A stretch of DNA of 64,000 bases from an uncultured Gemmatimonadales bacterium (GCA_963783385.1 CAWANJ010000009.1:932242-996241), one strand, 5' to 3'. Positions 11,683 to 24,143 are shown, numbered from the stretch's first letter. Translations and numbers: made by a program. The notes: generated from the letters alone by a model not told the origin.

Positions 11683-12980
11683 GGTTCTCCGCCGCCTCCC
11701 CTCAGCTCCAGCGCCATGTCCTCGTAGTCGATCACGTATTCCTTGAACCCATGAAGGGCGTCCCTTCCCAGCAGGCACATCAGGTGGGGGTCCTGCCAGG
11801 ACGGGAGGCTCGTGCGGACGTCGAGGCGGTCGAGCTCGACGGGCGCTCCGGCGACGCCCAGGGTGAGCCGGGGCAGCACCACCACGGGCAGCCTGCGAAT
11901 TCCGCCGCTGCCCCCGACCTTCACGGTGTCGACGCGACCCACGCTGTTGACCCAGGACCGGTGAACCCGGTAGTAGGGCTCGAACAGGATCGTGGTGCCG
12001 GATCCGGTGTCGAGCTGGCAGGCCAGCGTGTCGAACCGGAAGGTGACGGAGACGAACGGCGTGTACTGGTGGAACGCCAGCGTGCCGGCCGCCTCCGACC
12101 CGAAGCTGGCCGGCACCGTGATCGTCCCGTCCGCACGGTAGGCCAGCGCGCCGAGCGCTCTCTGGACCGGAAATCCCAGGAGCCCGGTGATCCGGAGCCC
12201 GGGAAAGGTGAGCGCCGAGTCGGGCAGCACCAGGAAGACCACGTGACGGAGCATCGCCCCGCCCACCTCCACCCGGTCCGCCACGGCGACGTCCGCCCGC
12301 ACCCGGAGGTCCGTCGAGGACCCGACCTGGAGGTTCGCGGGCCGGATCGCGAGCCCGAGGCCCTCGGCCTCCGACCGCATGAGCACGGAGAAGTTGGCGC
12401 CGCTGTCGAAGGCGTAGCGCCGGGGCGTCGAGTCAATGGACACGGCCACACCGCCGTGGTCGTCCGGATGCAGCGTCCCGCCCCGGCGGGCCTCCACGCT
12501 CTGGGGCGGCACGTCGCGCAGGGCCTCGAGGAGGCGAGCCGTGTTCGCGAGGTCGCTCTTCCGGGCCGAGTCGGCGAAGGGCGACGCCATGAGCGCCCGG
12601 GCGTCCCTGAGGGCGTCGGCCCACCGGTAGAAGCGCAGGTCGTTCTGGTAGCGAAGCCGCCCCGCCAGATAGCCGAGCGAATCCGGAAGGGTCGCCCCGG
12701 AGGCCTCCAGGCGGTCCAGGAGCGAGTCCGCGGCGGCCTCCCGGCCGAAGGCGTTGGCCACCACGGCCCGCAGGTAGAGCGCGTAGGGGCCCTCCCGGTT
12801 CCGCTCCGCCTTCAGATGGTCGCGGAGCCGGAAGTAGTCGTGCTCCTGCTCCAGGCGCAGGAGCGCGGAGCGGGCCGAGTCCGGCAGCGCCGGGGCCGGG
12901 CGGGAGCGCTGGCCGCAGCCGGCTCCGGCGCCGGTCAGCAGGACCGCCACCCCCAGCGCCAGGCCGCGACGCCCCTCCAT
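11679..12980 (-). CDS. Lipoprotein with two retropepsin-like aspartyl protease domains
   Basis: FDSGAN and LDTGSG catalytic motifs, GLLG/LLGRD flaps, lipobox GAGC. Confidence 0.85.
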   Translation of the reverse strand: MEGRRGLALGVAVLLTGAGAGCGQRSRPAPALPDSARSALLRLEQEHDYFRLRDHLKAERNREGPYALYLRAVVANAFGREAAADSLLDRLEASGATLPDSLGYLAGRLRYQNDLRFYRWADALRDARALMASPFADSARKSDLANTARLLEALRDVPPQSVEARRGGTLHPDDHGGVAVSIDSTPRRYAFDSGANFSVLMRSEAEGLGLAIRPANLQVGSSTDLRVRADVAVADRVEVGGAMLRHVVFLVLPDSALTFPGLRITGLLGFPVQRALGALAYRADGTITVPASFGSEAAGTLAFHQYTPFVSVTFRFDTLACQLDTGSGTTILFEPYYRVHRSWVNSVGRVDTVKVGGSGGIRRLPVVVLPRLTLGVAGAPVELDRLDVRTSLPSWQDPHLMCLLGRDALHGFKEYVIDYEDMALELRGGGGEP

Positions 12981-13698
12981 CAGGCGGGCCCTCCGGCTCG
13001 CGCCGTGAACAGTCCGCGGCCGATGAGTCCCTCCGGGTCGTAGTCGACCTCCGTGAACCCGGCCGCTTCGAAGCAGCGCTCCAGCTCCTCCCGGGTGAAC
13101 AGCCCGAGCTCGTGCGTCTCCGTCATGTGCTCGATCCCCTCGCCGCGTCCGACCAGGTAGTGGAACTCGATCATCGAGAGCCGCCCGCGCCGCCCGGAGA
13201 GGCCATCCGGCACACCGTCACCTCCTCGGACTCGGCCGTGTGCAGGAAGACCCGGCCGGTGTGCCACGCGTCCGGCTCGATCCAGGGCTCGAGCACGACC
13301 ACCCCGCCGCCGGCCAGGTGCGCGCGAAACCGGCGGAGCGCCCGCTCGACGTTCTCCAGCGTCTTCACGTATCCGATGGAGCTGAACAGGCAGAGCACGG
13401 CGTCGTACCTCCTGCCCAGGTCGAAGTCCGTCATGTCCCCGCGGGTGAACGTGCGGTCCGGGTGCTTGCGCCGCGCCAGGCGCACGAAGTCCGGCTCGAC
13501 ATCCAGGCCGTCGACGTCGTAGTCGTGGTCTCGCGCCAGGAGCCGCCCGTGCTCTCCGGTGCCGCACCCGACGTCCAGCAGGGTGCGGGCGCCGGTATGG
13601 AGACGCCCGAGCAGCTCGGCGACCCGCCGGCTCTCGTCGGCGTAGTCCTTGATCTGCCCGTAGATCTGGTCGTACAGCTCCGCGGATCTCGAGAACAT
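12980..13698 (-). CDS. Class I SAM-dependent methyltransferase (frameshift ~13180)
   Basis: MFSRSAELYD..Y, LLDVGCGTG, GDMTDFDLGRRYDAVLCLFSSIGY. Confidence 0.9.
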
Positions 13699-13750
13699 CG
13701 GGCGCTCCGGGGCAGGTGTGCGGTCCGTTCGGCGGCGCTCCGGGCGCCGC

Positions 13751-14955
13751 TCAGGGCTCCGCGGACGCCGGGCGTCCCGCCTCGCAGGCCCCGCGGGCCC
13801 TGGCCAGCCACGCTCCCTGCATGGCATCCATCGCCATCCCGTACCGCTCGGCGAGGCGGCCCCGGTTCCAGGCCGCCGACGAGTCGGCGTCCAGGGTCCG
13901 GTAGGCCGCTTGGAACCGGTCCAGCCCCCGGGCCTCCACCAGGTACTTCACGAAGGACCCGACTCCGCGTACTCGCTGGGGGCACGCTCGGCGCTCGAGC
14001 CAATGTTGTCCAGAGCGAGGAGCTCCTCCAACGGGATGAGCCGCGGCGTGCCCTCCAGGGCGCACACGGCCTGGTCGACCGACTTCCCGGGGGCGTTCAG
14101 GAAGGCGAGGGCGTCGCCGCCGAGCTGCTCGGTCACGTACACGGCGAGCCCCTCGCCGAGCGCCGGCGGCGGCGATCCGGCCGCGGCCGCCACGATGTGG
14201 GTGAGCTCGTGATAGGAGTCGAGCCGGACCGAGTCGTTGTAGACCTCGACCAGCGTGTGCCCGAAGGCCCAGCCCACCCCCTGGTGGCCGGTCTGCCGGA
14301 GCTTGGTGGCCCCGTCCGGATAGAAGACGAGCCGCACGCGGGCGGGAGGCTCCACCCCCACGAGCGCCGCAATGTCCTTCAGCGCCTCCAGGCGCGCCGC
14401 CGCGATGGAGTCCACGCGGCCCGCGGCCAGCGACCCTTTCCACGCGTAAATCTCCAGGGGCCCGCGCCTCGTCACCGTGAAGTCGCGCGCGGGATCGAAC
14501 GCGTCCGGACTCGTCTCCCCCACGGGGAACGTCCGCCGGTAGTCCACCCGGTCGAAGGCGAACAGCCCCTGCTGGATCGGATGGCCCGGCCCGACCTCGA
14601 CCCGCAGGGTGCCCTCGCGGCTCAACCGCCGGAACTCGTAGCGTCCCTCCAGCACCTTCTGCTCGCCGGGGGCGAGCTGGACCGTGAAGCGCGCCTGCAT
14701 GTTCGGGAGCATCCACAGGCCCGGCACGGCCCGGAGGTCCATCACCGCCAGGACCGCCGAGTCGGACCGGTTGCGGACCGTCGCCCGCAGCGGGTTCTCT
14801 CCCAGGCGCGCCGTGTCGAAGGAGAGGGAGACCACCGACAAGGTCGTGTCGGCCCGGGCGGCCCGGCGAGTGACACCGGTTCGTGCCACCGGGAGAGCCG
14901 GAAACAGGGCCACGAGAGGCAGGAGCATCGCGGTCCTCGCGCTGGTCTTCGCCAT
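13751..14955 (-). CDS. Secreted zinc metallopeptidase-like protein (gluzincin/MA clan; frameshift ~13960)
   Basis: Signal peptide, HELTH followed by EGLAVY, then YAES(G)SFVKYL. Confidence 0.8.
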
Positions 14956-15170
14956 GGTCGGAGACCCCATCGGTACGTGGCCGGGTTTTCGGATACGTCC
15001 CACGCGCGCAACGCGAACGGGCCGGTAAGAGGTTCCGGGGCCGGCCCGTTCGCCACGGGCAGGGCCCGGTTCACCGTACCGATCGCCTCATCGGCCCCGG
15101 CGCCGTTGTCGGCCGCCGCGGGGTGGCCTAGGGTCCATCCCACCGTGGACTCCCACACATCAGGGGCATC

Positions 15171-16600
15171 ATGCGGCGATCGGCACGACAGGCCACGCGG
15201 CGACTCTCCCGGGCCATGATCCTCCTGCTCCCGGCCTGGGCCGGCTCGGCCTCGGGGGCGGTCGGCCGAGGCCCGGCGCAGCGGCCGCACGGACACCCGA
15301 ATCCGCCCCCCTCGACGTCACCTACTACCGGATCCACCTGGCGGTCGACCCCGCCCGCCAGCACATCGCCGGACAGGTGACCATCGCGCTCCGCGGCGCC
15401 CCGGCCGCGCCCGACAGCGTGCGGCTCGACCTCTCCGACTCCCTGCGGGTGGCCGCGGTTCGCCGGGACGGGCGGCCCGTCCCGTTCACGCACCGCGGCG
15501 GCGTCCTGGCCGTCCCCTCGGAGACGTCCGGCGGCGCCCGCGAGGTCCTCGAGGTCATCTACGACGGCCGCCCCTCCGGGAACGGCTTCACCTTCGCGCG
15601 GGGCCCGGACGGCCCGCGGGTCGCCAGCTATGGCATGCCCTACCACGCGCGGCAGTGGTGGCCCAGCCACGACGTGACGGCGGACAAGGCCGACTCGGCG
15701 GACATCCTGGTCACGGTGCCGGACGGCCTCCTCGCCGTTTCCAACGGCCGGCTGGTGGGACGCAGCCGGGGGCCGGCGAGGACGTCGACCTTCCACTGGG
15801 CGGAGCGACACCCGATCTACCCGGACGTGGTGTCGGTGGCCATCGCCCCGTACGCCACCTTCTCGCTCTCGCACGTGGAGGCCGACGGGGACACCCTGCC
15901 CCTCCGGTTCTACGTGTTCCGGGAGGACTCGGCCAAGGCCCGCGAGGACTTCTCGATCCTCCCCGACCTCCTCGCCTTCTATGAGCGGCTGTACGGGCCC
16001 TACCCGTTCGCGGACGAGAAGTACGGGCTCGCCGAGTTCACCCTCCCGAGCTTCCGCGAGCACCAGACGATCCCGAGCCTGGGCGCCGCGCGGATCACGG
16101 GGACGCACCGGTACGACTGGATCCTGGCGCACGACCTGGCGCACCAGTGGTTCGGGAACTCGCTGACGCCCGCCTCCTGGAAGAACGTGTGGCTGAACGA
16201 GAGCTTCGCGCAGTACTCCTCGCTCCTGTGGCTCGCGCACACGCGGGGCCGCGCCGCCTTCGACAGCGCGATCCAGAGCCTGGCCTCGCGCGACGTCCCC
16301 GGGCCGCTCGAGATCGCCGACACCACCAACATCCGGTCCATGTTCTCGGGGCTCACCTTCGGGAAGGGTCCGGTGGTCCTGGACCGGCTGCGGCGGGCCA
16401 TGGGGGACAGCGCCTTCTTCCTGGCCCTCCGTCGCTACACCGCCCGCTTCGCCTACGGCACCGTGACCACGCGGGACTTCCAGGAGGTGGCCGAGCGCGC
16501 CGCGGGCTGTTCCCTGGACGGCTTCTTCCGCGAGTGGGTGTACGGGCGCGGCACGCCCGACGACTCGGAGAGTCCCGAATCCTCAGCCGGACGACGGAGC
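15171..16600 (+). CDS. M1 family aminopeptidase-like protein (frameshift ~15310; 3' end uncertain)
   Basis: AVSNGRL, YGPYPF..EKY, HDLAHQWFGN, WLNESFAQY, KGPVVL..LR. Confidence 0.82.
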
Positions 16601-17611
16601 AATGCGTTTTTTCGGGCCCACGCCGGAGAGCGCCCCCGCCTGCCGGACTCGTCCTACCACCAGTTCGACTTCTGGATCGGCGACTGGGACGTGGTGAACC
16701 GCCAGCGCCGCCCGCAGGGAACCCAGTGGGGGGTCACCGGGCAGGCCACCGACCGCGTGCACGCGGTGGCGGGCGGGTGCGGAATCGTCGAGCACTGGCG
16801 AGGGACGACCGCCATGGGCCGGGTCCTGGGCTACAGCCTCCGGGCCTGGAACGCCGCCAGGAAGAAGTGGGACCTGGTCCTCCTGTGGCCCCAGCCGAAC
16901 CAGCCCAGCTTCTTCACCCTGGAGGGGGCGTTCGGGACGGCCGCGGCGAGTTCTTCCGCACCGCCACCAACCCGGCCGGGAACGAGGTCCGGGTCCGCTT
17001 CACCTTCTCCGACATCACCCCCAACTCCCTCCAGTGGAGCAACGGCACCTCCCGGGACGGCGGGCAGAGCTGGTCCTCGACCTGGATCATGGAGTTCACC
17101 CGCAGGGACTCCGCGGCCGGCCCGCTCCCCAACGGCCCCACCACGGCCCGCGACCGCTGCACCTTCCCGAGATGCGCCAGATGGACGGGTGGCTCGGCGA
17201 GTGGGAGGGAGAGGCGGTCCTGGCCTCCGGCGACACCGTGCCCGCCCGGGCCCGGAGCTACGAGATCCTGGACGGCTGCGGCCAGGTGGACCGGATCGAG
17301 CTGGGCCGAGGTGCCGGTGCCGTGCGGGTCTACCGGGTGCGGACATACGAGCCCGATCCGGGGCGGTGGGTGGAGTACCGGCTGGACAGCCGGGACGGGG
17401 TGATCGACAGGCTGGAGGGCTCGGTGGAGGGCGACGCGGCGCTAATGGAGACGCCGGACGGCGCCGAGGGCGTGGGGAGCGCCGGGCCGTCCGCACGCGC
17501 TGGACCCGGATCGGGCCGGACGGCGTCGAGTTCGAGACGGCGGTTCGGCGCGGGGCGGGAGCGTGGACGCCTCTGTGGAGGGTGACCCTGCGGCCGACGG
17601 AGGGCCAGTAG
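16600..17611 (+). CDS. Tandem DUF1579-like beta-barrel region (in frame with the M1 peptidase as assembled; frameshifted)
   Basis: YHQFDFWIGDWDV and MRQMDGWLGEW repeat starts, GCGIVEHW, SRDGGQSW. Confidence 0.6.
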
Positions 17612-17954
17612 GCCGCCGGTCCGACCCGCGCTGCGGCGGCCAGCCGCGACCCGCCCCCTCTCGATCCGTGACCCGCAGAGGGGCAGCGGATGCCGACCGC
17701 CACCCTCGCAATCGAGCCCGGCACCTGGCGTACGCTCGGCACTCTTGCCTCGACGACCCGGCCCCCATCAGCTCCGACCCTCCCGTTCGCCTTGCCCGGC
17801 ATCCGAGCGGGACTCTAGCTTTCGATTCCGCTTCCTGCTCGGCAGACAGGGGCGTCGAGATGCTCCCCATCCTTCGACCTCTGCTCGTCCATTACGTGGC
17901 GCGCTGATACCCGAGCTCGCGGCCGAACCTCACCCAAGCCCGTGACGGTCAGCC

Positions 17955-20799
17955 ATGGCAAACTCGCAAGAGCTGTTTCGCTTTCAGGTGATTCGACCGC
18001 CACGCCCGGGTCTGGCCTCGAGCGCGCCTGACGAGCCCGAACCGAAGAGTGAGCTGGCACCCGAGATCGAGGGCTCGGAGACACAAGACGAGGCGCTGCG
18101 ATCCGCGGAAACCTACCGGTCCTCGTCCAGCTACGTGAGTGGGCTCTCCGACATCCCGGAGAGTATCGAGACCTCTCGAACTGGATCGACCAGCACCCGG
18201 GGGCGGACGACGCCGAAGTGAGTGCGGCGGTCGCCACGCACCTCGACGTCGATCCGAAGGAGGTCGTCGCATCATCGGAGTTCGCCGAGCTCCAGGTCCG
18301 TGTAGCGGACAGCGAGATCGCGGACCTGCTCAGCGGCGAGGCAGGAGCGGCCCGTGCCGTGGGCCGCATGCTCCTGCGTATCCGACAGGCCGCCGGCGAA
18401 TCCACGGTCGGTGCGGGACTTCCGATCGACGTGCGACTTCCAGGCCCGCCCGCACCGACGGACGGCGGGAAGACCGTCCCCGACGTCTCACCCGGCTCCA
18501 CGCTGGAGGAGTTCCGCGCTCTGGTCGATCTGCGGGCCAGACTCCACCGCGGCGCCGTGGAAGCTCTGGCGACCGGCCGGCCGGGCACGGGGGCGATCAG
18601 CGCTCATGTACGCTTGGATCCAGCGGCGCCGGCAGCCGGGGGCGGCGACCGTCGGTTCCGGGACCTCACGCTCGAGGATCTGCCGCTCGATGAGTCGGAC
18701 CGGACCCGACTTCGGGACTTGCAGCTCGAGTCGGGAACGGGGGTGCTGGAGGCCCTGCGGTCCGTGCAGGAGCGAATGGACCGCGCGCTCGAGGACGGCG
18801 TGGGCCCCGCCGGGAGCGACCCGGCGAGCGCGAGGACCAGAAGCCTGGCCATGACCTCGGAGCTGCCGCGGTTTCTCTTCGAGATCGGAGCCGGATACGC
18901 CCAGGGCTTCAAGGTCATGGATCTCGAAGTGGGCGAGCGCACGCTCAAGCGGTACGAAATGGCGGAGATCGCCCACATTGAGAATGCGCTCCGGGGCGAG
19001 CTGCGCGTTCGAGATCACGTCCGCGGCACGGTGCGCGAGGACATCACGATCGTCGACGATTCGACGCTGAGGTCGACCGAAGAGGACCTGCAGAGCGACG
19101 AGCGCTTCAGCCTTTCGAGACAGGCGCAAGACGTTCAGAGAGCGGAAACGGAGCTCCAGGCCGGGCTCAAGGTCAATGCGAGCTACGGTCCCGCGGTGCG
19201 GGTGGAGATCACGGGAAGCGCGAGCCAGAACCGATTCAACGAGACGGTCCAGAACGCGGCTAGCGAGTACGCACGCAACGTCACGAGCCGGGCCGTCAGC
19301 CAGAATGCAGACCACCCATCGAGAGCAGAGGATCACCCGGCAGGTCGAGTCCGTGGAGGAGAGGAACCACCACGAGATCGACAACAGGGGTCAGGCGGAT
19401 CATGTCATCGGGGTGTACCGCTATATCGACAAGACCTACGAGGTCGCGGTGCGCAACTACGGGGTCCGACTCGTGCTGGAGTTCATCGTCCCCGAGCCGG
19501 GAGCGAATCTCCTGCACGCGGCGGCGGCGAGCGGATCGGCGGCGCAGGTCGAGAAGCCCGAGGAACCGACGTTCTTCGATCGACCGCTTCGACTGACGGA
19601 CATCCGCGACGACAATGCCTACCGGGTGATCGCCAGTCGGTACGGGGTGGAGGTGGAGCCGCCCCCGCGTCCGCTCGTCGCCCTGACGGAGGTGCAGTTC
19701 GACCACGACTCGGCCAAGGAGGTGCAGCCGGCCGGGACCGTCGCGATTGCGAAGGGTTCGATCCCGGTGCCGGACACGCATTATCCGTCCAGCGTATGGG
19801 GTCGATTCGCGGGCTTTCAGACGGAGGTCGGTCTGTCGCTCTACACGCCCGACGACACGGCCGGGGCCGGGTACTCCGACCCGCCACCCGACAGCCTGGT
19901 GGGGAAGGAGTACGCCGTCTTGGTGCAAGAGGGCGAGATGTCGGGGAGGGGCCCCATCCTCGTCGACCTCGAGCAGATCACGGAGCAGGCGGCCGGACCC
20001 GTCGACTTCGCCGCCGTCTCGCGAGAGAACCCGATCACCGGCGGCGTGCACGGCGGCGGTGTGGTCGAAGCCTTCTGCCTGCCCACGGCGGCCGCGTTCC
20101 AGGCGTGGCAGGTCAAGACGTTCAACGCCATCATGGACGCGTATCGACGGGAGCTGGACAAGTCCAGGAAGCACTGGCGGCCGCCGACATCGGCGCGGGT
20201 GTCCGGATACAGGGCCGCAGCCCGGACATCAACCGTGAGTACGAGCGCAACGAGCTGAAGCGCGGCGTGATCACGTTGCTCGAGGGATCGCCGCCCGACA
20301 CGCCGGCGATCGCCGGGGACGGCTTCAGCCCGGTGCCGGCGATGGCCGCCTCCCACGGCCCGAAGATCTCCTTCTTCGAGACCGCCTTCGAGTGGGAGCA
20401 CATGACGTACGAGACGCTCCCGTACTACTGGGCGCGCCACGATCAATGGGATGCCTTGCTGTCGATCGACGATCCCGATCCCGAGCATCGCAGATTCCTG
20501 CAGGCGGGGGCTGCGCGCGCGCTGATCCCGGTCCGCCCGGATCACGAATGGTACGTAGCCGGCGTGCTGACCGCGATCGTCCTCCACGGTGGCACCATCG
20601 CCCCCAGCCTGTTCGAGCCATCGCGGGGCCGGCCGTGATCGTTCGGTCCTTCTACGAGGCGGTCACCGACGTGCTCGACGCACGGTCCCGGGAGAGCGAT
20701 GATGAGCCGAGGACCGTGGGCCAGCCGTTCGAGGTGACCGTGCCTACGAATCTGGTGATCCTGCAGAAGGACTCTGCGCTCAATCCCCACGACGCCTGA
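17955..20799 (+). CDS. Large hypothetical protein (about 950 codons once frames are joined), unknown family
   Basis: Joins ORFs 17955..18221, 18218.., 19176.. and 20392..20799; blocks YEMAEIAHIENALRGE, GVYRYIDKTY...NYGVRLVLEFIVPEP, FFETAFEWEHMTY, FLQAGAAR, VPTNLVILQ. Confidence 0.7.
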
Positions 20800-20807
20800 G
20801 CTCCACC

Positions 20808-23030
20808 TTGGGCTCACCTCTCTCCGTCCACCCGGCACCGCGCGCGGTGCTGGAGCTGGCGGCGTGGCCAGTCCCGGATCCGGCGATACGAACTCCCCTG
20901 GCCGACGAGGACCGGTATTCAGGCGACCCGGGCTTCTTCGCGGTTCCGTCCGACTCCGAGGTTCCGGAACGCTGGCTGCATTCCGACACGACCCGCCTTG
21001 CGGTACGCTCCGTCAACGACACCGACCCTTCGCTCCGTCGAGGGGCGAGGGAGTCGCTGGCGACTGGCGTCAGCCGCCAGGTCCCCGATTTCGATCTCTT
21101 CCGCGAAGCGATGAGCCGCGAGAAGGCCATCAATGTGATCCTCCTTCTCGTCTTTCCGGGCAGCACGGCCGACAACACGGGCACGAAGGACCTGAATGAC
21201 AAGGTCCTCGGCTATTCACTGACCTCCGAGTACATAAGGAAGAGAAACGCGGCCATCGACGCCGTGTTCGAGGCCGAGGGCTTCGTGATGATCGATCAGG
21301 ACTTCAAGTCGAGCGGCTTCGTGCCGACCGCGGAGGCGTCCAGGCACCTTCTCGACGCCGGGCAGGCGCAGAAGAAGCGCTCGCGGGAGTATCGCGAGCG
21401 CTTCGACCGGGGACTGTCCGCCCTGGACGGGCGACTGCGCGACCTCCTGCTGGACATCCTGCAGAATCGATTCGACGAGATCGATGAGACGCACCGGGAA
21501 GCGGCGCGGACGTTACGGGATCGCCTCCTGGAGGACGCGGACCATCGGTTCGACGTGACCTACGGCATGGCCAACCCTGCGGGGAGAGGGGCGACCTCCC
21601 AGGACATCTACCCCCCACTGCTCCTTGCGAAGCTGAATGCTTCCAAGGCCTCGTACACGGCGCGGCGTCGGGACCTGATCGACTCCCTGCTGCCAGGCTG
21701 GCACGGCTCCGACTTCGACCGGCGCGGGTACGCGTTCGACCCGGCCACGTACCAGCGCCTGTCCGTGAAAGCCGGGGAGATCAGAGACGAGATTCGGCGA
21801 CACCTCGATGGCCAGATCACGGTGGACGGAGTCCGCGCCAGGGTCTTCGTTCGGGTCCGGGGAAAGCTGACCCCCAACCGCCACGTGATGCGGGACGCCC
21901 GGAAGGGGAAGATCAAGCCGCCGGATCCCTCACCGGAGAAGGACCAGCTCGAGCGCATCGAGGGATACCGAGCCATCGTCAACACGATGGACGTGTTCGA
22001 GAGCTTCCTCTCTGGCGAGCTGGACGGCGAGAAGGCCGGGCAGCTCCGACGCGCCACGCGGCTCCACGAGAAGCTGGGGAGGATGGACACCGATATCGGG
22101 CGAGGCGAGCTCTCGCGGGTGCTCGACGTCGATGTCCGCATGGAGAGGATCGCGCTGGCAAACCGGACCTCCGAGTACCTGTTCTTCACGGAGGCGGCCG
22201 ATCATCGACATCGAGTCATCGTCGGTCTCGACATCCGCGATCTCGGAGTGGACGCGCTGATCGAGTATGCCCGGGCGGTGGACCGGGTGGCCGAGAAACC
22301 CGGCACGAGCCTGCTGGCGGTCACGCTCGAAGCGAACGATCCGATCCTGGCCATGAAGCGCCACGCCGTCGACCTGATCGTCGACGCCTATGGCAAGATG
22401 GCGTCGAAGCTGCTGGCGGCCGACGTGGGCTGGTTGCATGACGCCGCCGAACCGTACAACCGTGCCTGGGCGGAGGCCTACGGCTATGCCGGAGGCTTCG
22501 ACATCCTCGCCGACCCTCTCGACCGCTCGGAGTCCCCCAACTACCTCATCGGCGGCGACGAGGTGATTCTCGCGCTCCCGCCCGCGTTTCTGCCGCTGAT
22601 CCCCGAATTCCTGGGGCGGGTCTGCCCGCCGTCGGCCACGAACACTCGCGGCGCCGTGGTCTTCTCCGACGCCGGTCACCCGCCCGACGCGGATCCCGCG
22701 GTTCAACGTCGGCTGAATCAGCACGCCCACGCGACCGCGCTGACGGCGGCCGACAAGGGGCCCGACATCCTGAAGGACCTGGAGCGAGATCACTGGCGGC
22801 TCGGACGGAAGATCGAGAAGATCGACGACGATGCGGAAAGGCGGGAGAAGCAGCGCCGCCTTGCCGGCCTGGGGCTTCTCCGATTGTACGTCGAGATTCC
22901 ATCGCTCTACGGCATTCCCGACCTTCTCCCCAGTCGTGTCTTCATCAAGGACTTCTCCGGGACGAAGAGGAGCTTCTTCGACCTGAAGCGTCGCATCGCC
23001 GAGCTCGAGAAGGAGCTTCCGGCCACCTGA
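20808..23030 (+). CDS. Hypothetical 740-aa protein with GGDEF/palm-like motifs
   Basis: Uninterrupted ORF; TKDLNDKVLGY, VGLDIRDLG and YLIGGDEVILAL motifs; start codon uncertain. Confidence 0.7.
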   Translation: MGSPLSVHPAPRAVLELAAWPVPDPAIRTPLADEDRYSGDPGFFAVPSDSEVPERWLHSDTTRLAVRSVNDTDPSLRRGARESLATGVSRQVPDFDLFREAMSREKAINVILLLVFPGSTADNTGTKDLNDKVLGYSLTSEYIRKRNAAIDAVFEAEGFVMIDQDFKSSGFVPTAEASRHLLDAGQAQKKRSREYRERFDRGLSALDGRLRDLLLDILQNRFDEIDETHREAARTLRDRLLEDADHRFDVTYGMANPAGRGATSQDIYPPLLLAKLNASKASYTARRRDLIDSLLPGWHGSDFDRRGYAFDPATYQRLSVKAGEIRDEIRRHLDGQITVDGVRARVFVRVRGKLTPNRHVMRDARKGKIKPPDPSPEKDQLERIEGYRAIVNTMDVFESFLSGELDGEKAGQLRRATRLHEKLGRMDTDIGRGELSRVLDVDVRMERIALANRTSEYLFFTEAADHRHRVIVGLDIRDLGVDALIEYARAVDRVAEKPGTSLLAVTLEANDPILAMKRHAVDLIVDAYGKMASKLLAADVGWLHDAAEPYNRAWAEAYGYAGGFDILADPLDRSESPNYLIGGDEVILALPPAFLPLIPEFLGRVCPPSATNTRGAVVFSDAGHPPDADPAVQRRLNQHAHATALTAADKGPDILKDLERDHWRLGRKIEKIDDDAERREKQRRLAGLGLLRLYVEIPSLYGIPDLLPSRVFIKDFSGTKRSFFDLKRRIAELEKELPAT

Positions 23031-23512
23031 CCTTGGCCCTCCCGCCGCCCCGGCTACGGCCCGCAGGGCGGCGTCGAGAGGTCGCGGACGGCCACCTTCG
23101 CGTCGTCACAATCGGAGCCGTAGAGCGAGCAGTAGCGAGATGTCGACGCCCACCCGGTCTGCAATGCTGTCGAGCGAAGCCAACGCCCCGGCCGAGCCGG
23201 CGGCCACCCTGGCCTCCAGCAGCACCGCCTTCCGGCCCGCCGGGAAGTAGTAGCCGACCGCGAACCGGTGCACCCGTCCCTTCATTCCTCGCGACAGGAT
23301 CGCGTCGAGGACGGGCTTCCATCCACCGAAGATCGCCGACGGCAAGGGTCCGGAGTCGGGCCGGATCCACGAGAGCAGAACAGGGCGAGCGAGTCCGAAA
23401 GCTGCGCCATCCCGCGCGTCGAGGTCAACGGCGTGCGACGTGCGGCCGGCCGAGAGCGGTGGGCGGGGAGCGTCCGACGCGGGGAGCCGCCCGCGCTGAC
23501 CGGCGGTTCGAC

Positions 23513-23807
23513 TCAGGTCTCTTCCTGGATCGGAGACGAGCGCAGACGGCGATCGAACTCGCGGGCATCGAGCGCGCGGTGCAGATCGGTCTCGAGGCCC
23601 CCGACCCGCTCCCGCAGGTCCGCGGTCTCACGGGCCATTCTGGTCGACCCGCCTCTGCGTGTCTTCGGCCGCGAGGCCACGCAGACGCGCGAAACGGTCG
23701 ATCAGGGGCCCGATCGTGAAACGGGCCGTCAGACCGACCACGGGAACGAGCACGACGACGATCATCGCACCGAGGCCTATGAGGTCCTTGACCTGGTACC
23801 ACTCCAT
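23513..23807 (-). CDS. Small single-TM coiled-coil protein (frameshift ~23640)
   Basis: MEWYQVKDLIGLGAMIVVVLVPVVGLTARFTIGPLI, then ...LRERVGGLETDL...REFDRRL in a shifted frame. Confidence 0.6.
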
Positions 23808-24143
23808 GGGTCCGGCTCCGCTCGCAATGACGTGACGAAGGCCCCGATCCGAGGCGGGGCGTACGCCCTTCCTGACGGGGCCCGGGGGATCGGAGTTTCG
23901 GACGTCCCGAACCTGGCGTCGATCGCCAACACGAGCCAGGGCGATAGCATCCTGGGCGAAGCCGCCTGAGTCCAGCGTCCGGAACCGGCGGAACGGCCCG
24001 CCCGCGGTCCGGGTTGTGCCGGATGGCCCGCCGACCGACACATTTCCGAGCGAGTGAAGAAGGGAGCCCGAGATGCATCGTCCGAGCATGGCCGCCGGGC
24101 CGGCGACCCGGCGGCACGCGAGCCGCTTCGTCCGGTTCCGCCC

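Noticed and set aside
20808-23030. Canonical diguanylate cyclase or Cas10
   Set aside because: Motif is GGDEV with atypical spacing; no HD domain, Zn finger or cas neighbours; kept only as palm-like
23033-23420. Short ORFs downstream of the palm-domain gene
   Set aside because: No clear start or motif; possibly a gene remnant
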